DNA of 64,000 nucleotides, from positions 7,499 to 71,498 of the forward strand of contig CAXDRX010000006.1 in the NCBI GenBank assembly GCA_963991985.1. Reading direction: 5' to 3'. The notes below the pieces were generated by a model, which saw nothing but the letters and a program-made list of their open reading frames with translations, was not told where the DNA came from and did not search any database. This document shows positions 57,944 to 64,000 of this stretch, piece after piece; within the stretch, counting starts at the first letter, position 1; every line of letters starts with the position of its first letter. This DNA comes from an uncultured bacterium. Lineage in GTDB: Bacteria; Bacteroidota; Bacteroidia; NS11-12g; UBA9320. The position numbers were made by a program, and so were the translations under genes.

Positions 57944-58762
57944 ATGCCACTAGACCAAGTAGATATGGATAGGCATGATGCTCAAATGAGTTTTTTTGAA
58001 CATCTAGAGGCACTGAGATGGCATCTTTTTAGGAGTTTAATTGCTGTGTTGATTGGAGCCATAATTTGTTTTGTATTCAAATCTTTCTTGTTTGATGTCC
58101 TTATTTTTGGTCCCAAAAAAACAACCTTTATCACCTACAAGTGGCTTTGTAATCTTTCTCATCTACTCTATAAAAGTGACAAAATTTGTATTTCTGACCT
58201 GAAATTTTCTGTTCAAAACATAACACTTCCCGGTCAGTTTTTACTTCATATTACCGTAAGTTTTATCGGAGGTATTGTTTTGGCTTTCCCCTATATCATA
58301 CATGAAATTTGGAGATTTATACAACCTGCTTTGGAAAAGAAAGAAAGAAAGAAATCAAGATATTTCATATTTTGGTGCTCTGTATTGTTTTGTTTTGGTA
58401 TTTGCTTTGGCTATTTAATTTTAGCACCAATATCCATCAATTTTTTAAGCAATTATTCCATTTCATCCGAAGTAAAAAATATCCCTAGCTTAAAATCTTA
58501 TATCAATTTTGTGGTAATCCTAACATTTGCAACCGGAATGATTTTTGAATTGCCTATACTGATATATTTATTCGCTAAACTTGGACTCATTACGTCTAAC
58601 CTCTTAAAAAAATATCGAAGACATTCATTCATTGTTATATTAATTATTGCCTCAATCATTACACCACCGGACATTGCCAGTCAAATTTTGTTAACAATTC
58701 CTGTCTATATTTTGTATGAAGTTGGAATTGGCTTAGCTTCACGAGTTGAAAACCAAAAGTAA
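57944..58762 (+). CDS. tatC: Sec-independent protein translocase TatC
   Basis: MSFFEHLEALR near the N-terminus, six TM helices, 272 aa. Confidence 0.85.
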   Translation: MPLDQVDMDRHDAQMSFFEHLEALRWHLFRSLIAVLIGAIICFVFKSFLFDVLIFGPKKTTFITYKWLCNLSHLLYKSDKICISDLKFSVQNITLPGQFLLHITVSFIGGIVLAFPYIIHEIWRFIQPALEKKERKKSRYFIFWCSVLFCFGICFGYLILAPISINFLSNYSISSEVKNIPSLKSYINFVVILTFATGMIFELPILIYLFAKLGLITSNLLKKYRRHSFIVILIIASIITPPDIASQILLTIPVYILYEVGIGLASRVENQK

Positions 58763-58764
58763 AA

Positions 58765-59202
58765 ATGGATAAACCAAAAATCGCCATCGGTAATGATCAT
58801 GCAGGGACCCAACTCAAAGATTTTTTAAAGGACCATTTTGACAGTATGTGCACTTTTCAAGATTTTGGCACCAATACAGAAGACTCTGTAGATTACCCCG
58901 ATTTTGCCCACCAAGTTGCAGAGAGCGTTGAACAAGAACAAAACAAATTAGGTATTCTTATTTGCGGCAGTGGCAACGGGGTAAATATGACGGCAAATAA
59001 ATATCCAAATATTCGGGCAGGATTGGCATGGAACAAGGAAATATCTACCCTCATTAGGGCCCACAACAATGCAAATATTTTATGTATACCTGCACGATTT
59101 GTCTCCAAGGAAGAAGCTGTGGAAATTCTCAATGCATTCGTAAATACAGCATTTGAGGGTGGACGGCACGAAAGAAGAATTCAAAAGATTTCTACACGAT
59201 AA
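58765..59202 (+). CDS. rpiB: Ribose-5-phosphate isomerase B
   Basis: KIAIGNDHAG and CGSGNGVNMTANK RpiB/LacAB motifs. 145 aa. Confidence 0.9.
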   Translation: MDKPKIAIGNDHAGTQLKDFLKDHFDSMCTFQDFGTNTEDSVDYPDFAHQVAESVEQEQNKLGILICGSGNGVNMTANKYPNIRAGLAWNKEISTLIRAHNNANILCIPARFVSKEEAVEILNAFVNTAFEGGRHERRIQKISTR

Positions 59203-59479
59203 ATCTTCCGACTTTACTAAAACGTTCAAAAACTTTATCCGTATGTGGCGCAGCGCCAAGTTCTTGCGTTAGGTCCTGACCTGCCCAATGTTCATAATGG
59301 ATGCCTTTTTTCCACAAACGGCTCTCAGTCACATCATAAACAAAGCCTTTATAAGCAACCCAAATTCTTTCATTGTCTTGACCATTGTGAAGAGACAATT
59401 TACGCGGACTAATGATTGGAAGCTGATCCAAAATTTTTGACGAAAAATAGTAAGCCCAAACCCAATACAAAAAAACCAA
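59192..59479 (-). CDS. Cytochrome b5-like heme/steroid-binding domain protein, membrane-anchored
   Basis: N-terminal TM, then LSLHNGQDNERIWVAYKGFVYDVTESRLWKKGIHYEHWAGQDLT, which resembles a cyt-b5/PGRMC-like fold. It overlaps the MFS gene 3' end by 71 nt. Confidence 0.5.
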   Translation of the reverse strand: MVFLYWVWAYYFSSKILDQLPIISPRKLSLHNGQDNERIWVAYKGFVYDVTESRLWKKGIHYEHWAGQDLTQELGAAPHTDKVFERFSKVGRFIV

Positions 59480-60719
59480 TCATTACCAAAACACTTGCTC
59501 GCATGGTCCCAGTTAAAGCAATTGCCAATCCAAACAAAGTAGGTCCAATGATTAAACCTACCTTTTCCAACACTTCATAAAAACTAAAATATGCAGCAAA
59601 ATTATTGGTTTCTGGAAGCAATTTAGAATAGGTGCTCCTAGACAAGGACTGTGATCCACCCATTACAAAGCCCACCAAAGCAGCCAAAATGTAAAATTCG
59701 TTGGGTTCTGATATGAAATATGCAAAAAATGCGGCAACAACCCAAAGGATTAGAGAAATCTGCAAAATGAGGATATTGCCAAATCGCTTCGCCCAGCGCG
59801 ACATAAGCGTTGCACCAAAGACGGCTATAATCTGAATGACTATGATGCTAACAATCAACCCTGTTGTATCTTTATTACCAAAATCATCCGTTGGCCAATT
59901 GATTTCTTTTTCTCCAAACATCGCTGCAAGAAGCATAACTGTTTGTATTCCTGTATTGAATATAAAAAAGGCAACTACATAACGAAGGGTTTGTTTTTGC
60001 TTGGTGAATTCTAAGAAAGTGTTTTTGAGCTCTTTATAACCATTTGAAAATAGATTTTTTTTCGAGGCTTTCGCTTCCCCCTTGGGCAACCTTTGAACAA
60101 AAAACCATCCAAAGCCGAGCCACCAAATGCCTACGAGTAAAAAGGAATGTTCTGCTTGAATCATATCCATACCCGTCATTAAAATCAAAATAATAATCAA
60201 CAGGAATACACTGCCGATGTATCCTAAAGAAAATCCTTTGGCACTTACTTTGTCTTGTAGGTCTTTGGTAGCGATTTGAGGCAAGTATGCATTGTAATAA
60301 ACCAAGGAGCCCCAAAAGCCTATGCTTGCAAAAAAAATGGAAGCCATACTGAGTTCTAAATGATTTGCATCAAAAAAATACAAAGACATGCATGAAAGGG
60401 AGCCCAAAGTCATGAAAATTTTTAGAAATACCTTTTTCCCATCTGTGTAATCTGCAATACCGCTTAAAAGTGGTGCCAACAAAACAATTACAAAAAAAGA
60501 CGCACTAAAGATATAGGAATAAAGTTCATTATTAACAAATTCTCTCCCAAAAAAAGAAACAATATCTACTTCATTTCCGTGAACAATTTTTTTGTTCCCA
60601 GCAGTTTTGGCCGCATAGAAAATAGGAAAGATAGTAGCCGTAATGACAAGACTGTATACAGAATTTGCCCAATCATACATCGCCCAAGCATTCAAAACTC
60701 TTTGGTTGTTCATACGCAT
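59409..60719 (-). CDS. MFS transporter
   Basis: About 12 TM helices and MFS-type N-terminal motifs. 436 aa. Confidence 0.8.
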   Translation of the reverse strand: MRMNNQRVLNAWAMYDWANSVYSLVITATIFPIFYAAKTAGNKKIVHGNEVDIVSFFGREFVNNELYSYIFSASFFVIVLLAPLLSGIADYTDGKKVFLKIFMTLGSLSCMSLYFFDANHLELSMASIFFASIGFWGSLVYYNAYLPQIATKDLQDKVSAKGFSLGYIGSVFLLIIILILMTGMDMIQAEHSFLLVGIWWLGFGWFFVQRLPKGEAKASKKNLFSNGYKELKNTFLEFTKQKQTLRYVVAFFIFNTGIQTVMLLAAMFGEKEINWPTDDFGNKDTTGLIVSIIVIQIIAVFGATLMSRWAKRFGNILILQISLILWVVAAFFAYFISEPNEFYILAALVGFVMGGSQSLSRSTYSKLLPETNNFAAYFSFYEVLEKVGLIIGPTLFGLAIALTGTMRASVLVMIGFFVLGLGLLFFVKNFGSASNH

Positions 60720-60741
60720 TCTACAAGGTTATCAACTTTTT

Positions 60742-62127
60742 TTAAAAATATGATGACAACTCATTTACTTTCTCCATAATCAAAGAAATTAAATGATTAC
60801 AAACATCTTCAGTTTCTCCCTCTGCATAAATACGTATAATTGGTTCTGTATTGGATTTTCGCAAGTGGAGCCATCCATTTTCAAAGTCAATTTTAACCCC
60901 ATCTGCCGTGTTGATTTGTTGGTTTGAAAAAGCTTGTGCAATTTTATTTAGCAAGTCATCTACATCCAAATCTGGAGTCAGTTGGATTTTATTTTTTGAC
61001 ATTACATAATTTGGGTATTTTTTTCGTAGCATGGAAACGCTTGTCGAACTTTTGGCCAAATGGCTTAAAAATAAGGCAATTCCAACTAGAGCGTCCCGTC
61101 CATAGTGTAAGGCAGGAATAATGACCCCTCCGTTCCCTTCACCTCCAATTATTGCATTGCATTCTTTCATTTTCTTTACTACATTCACCTCTCCTACTGC
61201 GCTTGCAAAATAGTCTACACCATGACGATCACAAATGTCTTTTAAGGCACGACTGGAAGAGAGATTTGAAACAGCCGGACCTTTCGAATGTTCCAAAACA
61301 TAATCTGCAATCGCCACCAAAGTGAATTCTTCCCCAAACATGTCTCCTTTTTCATCTAAAAAACACAATCGATCCACATCTGGGTCAACCACAATGCCCA
61401 GATCTGCACCATAGGTTTTAATATAATTTGAAATCTGCTCTAAATTTTCTTGGAGGGGCTCCGGATTGTGCGCAAAATCTCCCGTAATTTCTCCATTCAA
61501 AATTTTTATATTGGTTATGCCTAATCTTTTCAAAAGCATAGGAACAAAAGTTGCACCAGTCGAATTTATTGCATCTACAACTACGCTGAATTTGTTTTTC
61601 TGGATTGCCTCTGGTTCAACCAAGTCCAATTCCAATATTTTTTCGATATGCGTAAACCCATATTGTTCTTTTTGTGTATACCCACCCAAATTTTTTGTTG
61701 AAGCATAAGATAGCCTTCCCAGATCTATTTTTAATAATTTCTCGCCCTCCTCTTCTGAAATAAATTCACCTCTTTCATTCAATAATTTGAGTGCATTCCA
61801 TTGTTTTGGATTATGACTTGCTGTAAGAATAATACCACCATCTGCATTTTCAAAAACAACAGCCATTTCTACCGTTGGGGTTGTGCTTAAACCTAGATCT
61901 ACTACATCAATTCCACAAGACATCAAACAACCAGTCACCAAACGATTTACAATTTCTCCACTAATTCTCCCATCCCTACCTACCACTACCTTGGGCCTTT
62001 TTTTCTTTTCCAAAATAATGTGGGAAAAAGCAGAAACATATTTGACAATATCGATTGGCGTAAGGCCTTCATCTGGTTTTCCACCAATGGTTCCTCTTAT
62101 CCCAGAAATTGATTTGATTAATGTCAT
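60742..62127 (-). CDS. glmM: Phosphoglucosamine mutase / phosphohexomutase
   Basis: SGIRGTIGG N-terminus and a phosphoserine loop (TASHNP). 461 aa alpha-D-phosphohexomutase. Confidence 0.85.
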   Translation of the reverse strand: MTLIKSISGIRGTIGGKPDEGLTPIDIVKYVSAFSHIILEKKKRPKVVVGRDGRISGEIVNRLVTGCLMSCGIDVVDLGLSTTPTVEMAVVFENADGGIILTASHNPKQWNALKLLNERGEFISEEEGEKLLKIDLGRLSYASTKNLGGYTQKEQYGFTHIEKILELDLVEPEAIQKNKFSVVVDAINSTGATFVPMLLKRLGITNIKILNGEITGDFAHNPEPLQENLEQISNYIKTYGADLGIVVDPDVDRLCFLDEKGDMFGEEFTLVAIADYVLEHSKGPAVSNLSSSRALKDICDRHGVDYFASAVGEVNVVKKMKECNAIIGGEGNGGVIIPALHYGRDALVGIALFLSHLAKSSTSVSMLRKKYPNYVMSKNKIQLTPDLDVDDLLNKIAQAFSNQQINTADGVKIDFENGWLHLRKSNTEPIIRIYAEGETEDVCNHLISLIMEKVNELSSYF

Positions 62128-62240
62128 TTATGAAACAAATATCTTGTATAAGGGAGGTTTATTTTCTCGAAGTTTTCCCCAAACAGTATTTTTTTTTTGA
62201 CCTGAATCGGATTTAATCTGTTTCATTTAGTATACATTTT

Positions 62241-62248
62241 TACTTTTG
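62241..62248 (+). promoter_or_regulatory. -7 promoter element (TActTTTG) for rnpB
   Basis: Matches TAnnTTTG and ends 5 nt before the predicted rnpB 5' end. Confidence 0.45.
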
Positions 62249-62252
62249 TATT

Positions 62253-62598
62253 GGCAAAGGAGTTCATCGCTTCGCTTCGTGTGAAGAGGAAAGTCCGGAC
62301 AGCTCAGAGCAGTGCACTTCCGAAATGGAAGGCAAGTCGAATGGCTTGACAGAAAGTGTAACAGAAAATAACCGTCTGCTTTTGGGCAGACAAGGGTGAA
62401 AATGTGGGGTAAGAGCCCACACACTTGCTTGGCGACAAGCATTTGGTACAAACCTTGCACGCTGAAAGACCAAATAGGCCAACGATAATGTTGCTCGCAT
62501 TGTTGGTGGGTGGGTCGTTTGAGCGTTCTTGTGAAAGTTCGCCTAGATAGATGATGGACCTCCCAAAGGGAGAACAGAATCCGGCTTACGAATTTGCC
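62253..62598 (+). ncRNA. rnpB: RNase P RNA (bacterial type A)
   Basis: Conserved P4 strands GAGGAAAGTCCGGAC (5' side) and ACAGAATCCGGCTTA (3' side). P1 pairs GGCAAA at the 5' end with TTTGCC at the 3' end. The region is locally GC-rich. The overlapping minus-strand ORFs are spurious. Confidence 0.8.
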
Positions 62599-62609
62599 TT
62601 TTATATATT

Positions 62610-63980
62610 TTGAATATGAAGAAAAAGAAAATCCTCATCATAGACGATGAAAAAAGCATTAGAGAAAGTTTGGTAGAAATACTAAACTACGAAGACTATT
62701 TTACTGAAGTTGCCAATGACGGCATAGAGGGGTTAAGCAAAATAGAAAAGGATTTTTTTGACCTTGTCTTGTGCGATGTTAAAATGCCTAAAATGGATGG
62801 GTTAGAATTGCTTGAAAAAGCAAAACAAATTGATGGAGAACTACCTTTTATTATGATTTCTGGTCATGGCACAGTAGAAACAGCCATAGAAGCTACAAAA
62901 AAAGGTGCCTTCGACTTTATCTCTAAACCACCTGATCTGAATAAACTGCTCATCACCATACGAAATGCTTTGGAGAGAAATGATCTAATGATTGAGACCA
63001 AAGTGTTAAAAAGAAAAGTAAGTAAGGTTCGAGATATTGTGGGGGAATCTTCATCCATTGAAAAAATAAAATCAACGATAGAAAAAGTAGCACCTACAGA
63101 CGCCCGTGTATTGATTACGGGTGAAAATGGCACAGGAAAAGAATTGGTAGCACGCTGGATACATGAAAAAAGTAGTCGCAGTGATAAACCCATCATCGAA
63201 GTAAATTGCGCCGCAATTCCGAGCGAACTCATTGAATCTGAATTGTTTGGACATGAAAAAGGTTCGTTTACTTCAGCTGTTAAACAAAGAATTGGGAAGT
63301 TTGAAAAAGCAAATGAAGGAACTTTGTTTTTAGACGAAATTGGTGACATGAGTCTGTCCGCTCAGGCGAAAGTTTTGCGGGCTTTGCAAGAAAATAAAAT
63401 TACTCGGGTTGGAGGGGAAAAGGAAATTCATGTGGATGTTCGAATAATTGCGGCTACCAATAAAAATTTGGCAAAGGAGATTGAAGAAGGAAGATTCAGA
63501 ATGGATCTCTATCATCGAATTAGTGTGATTCTCATTCATGTTCCTTCTTTGAATGATAGAACCGATGATATTCCTCTGATCGCTGAAAAGTTTTTGGAAG
63601 AAATATGTCAAGACAATGGCATCCAGAAAAAACAAATTACTGCCAAGGGAGTGGAAGAGCTCAAAAAAATAAATTGGACGGGTAATATCAGGGAATTGAG
63701 AAACGTAATTGAAAGATTGGTTATTTTATGTGGCCACAAAATAACAGACGAAGATGTAGCTGCTTATGCCAATATTGATGGTAGAAAATCAATGAGTACA
63801 GAAATGATTCATAGCTTCAAGAAATTCCAAGATTGGAAGGATTATTCAGAAAAATTATTTATTGATCTTAAATTGAGAAAGAACAATTGGAATGTAGCCA
63901 AAACTGCATCAGAAATTGAAATTCAAAGAAGCCATCTTTACAATAAAATTGAAAAATTTGGACTAGAAAGACAGAAATAA
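62610..63980 (+). CDS. Sigma-54-dependent response regulator (NtrC family)
   Basis: Receiver domain (ILIIDDE...D55-like DVKMP), sigma-54 AAA+ domain with Walker A GENGTGKE, a GAFTGA-like GHEKGSFTSA loop, ESELFGHEKG and a C-terminal HTH. Confidence 0.85.
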   Translation: MNMKKKKILIIDDEKSIRESLVEILNYEDYFTEVANDGIEGLSKIEKDFFDLVLCDVKMPKMDGLELLEKAKQIDGELPFIMISGHGTVETAIEATKKGAFDFISKPPDLNKLLITIRNALERNDLMIETKVLKRKVSKVRDIVGESSSIEKIKSTIEKVAPTDARVLITGENGTGKELVARWIHEKSSRSDKPIIEVNCAAIPSELIESELFGHEKGSFTSAVKQRIGKFEKANEGTLFLDEIGDMSLSAQAKVLRALQENKITRVGGEKEIHVDVRIIAATNKNLAKEIEEGRFRMDLYHRISVILIHVPSLNDRTDDIPLIAEKFLEEICQDNGIQKKQITAKGVEELKKINWTGNIRELRNVIERLVILCGHKITDEDVAAYANIDGRKSMSTEMIHSFKKFQDWKDYSEKLFIDLKLRKNNWNVAKTASEIEIQRSHLYNKIEKFGLERQK

Positions 63981-64000
63981 GTTGATTGTTTCTGAAAAAG

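Noticed and set aside
62227-62500. Two minus-strand ORFs (77 and 78 aa) in the six-frame track
   Set aside because: They lie entirely inside the RNase P RNA gene (conserved P4 and P1 elements on the plus strand). They are spurious translations of a structured RNA.
62599-62616. Near-match TAtaTTTTG upstream of the sigma-54 regulator gene
   Set aside because: It has one extra T relative to TAnnTTTG, so it was not reported as a feature.
1-64000. CRISPR arrays, integrases, transposases or prophage blocks
   Set aside because: I saw no direct-repeat/spacer periodicity, no recombinase or transposase motifs, and no phage structural genes. The tRNA-adjacent gene is a T9SS cargo protein, not an integrase.

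Overview
This looks like a gene-dense, low-GC core-chromosome segment of a Bacteroidota genome (Flavobacteriia/Cytophagia/Sphingobacteriia-like). I based that on a complete porP/sprF-gldK-gldL-gldM-gldN type IX secretion/gliding operon, a secreted protein with a type-A T9SS C-terminal sorting domain, tandem OmpH/Skp genes, and Bacteroidota-style -7 promoter boxes (TAnnTTTG) abutting several gene starts. Most of the window is housekeeping genes for DNA replication, repair and general metabolism (dnaE, recG, recJ, recF, recN, priA, ruvC, ung, surE, lpxB, fabG, tatC, rpiB, glmM, gltA, murI, ribH, miaA, a CCA-adding enzyme, pdhA, rpe). Two RNA genes are visible: tRNA-Arg(ACG) and RNase P RNA (rnpB). 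I found no CRISPR array, integrase, transposase or prophage block by eye. I also see no strong candidate for a new multi-gene system. The observations most worth follow-up are: (1) two genes (miaA and a crtD-like desaturase) whose conserved N-terminal nucleotide-binding motifs lie upstream of any ATG/GTG/TTG, in both cases consistent with an ATC start translationally coupled to the upstream gene; (2) a pRiA4b-ORF3-like gene of unknown function wedged into and overlapping the miaA 5' end; (3) a nuclease neighbourhood of RecJ, a PIN-PhoH ATPase and a DEDDh-exonuclease/GIY-YIG fusion; (4) an isolated crtD-like plus cruF-like carotenoid-tailoring pair; and (5) several unannotatable small or lipoprotein genes. 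All calls come from reading motifs in the supplied translations; no database searches were possible.
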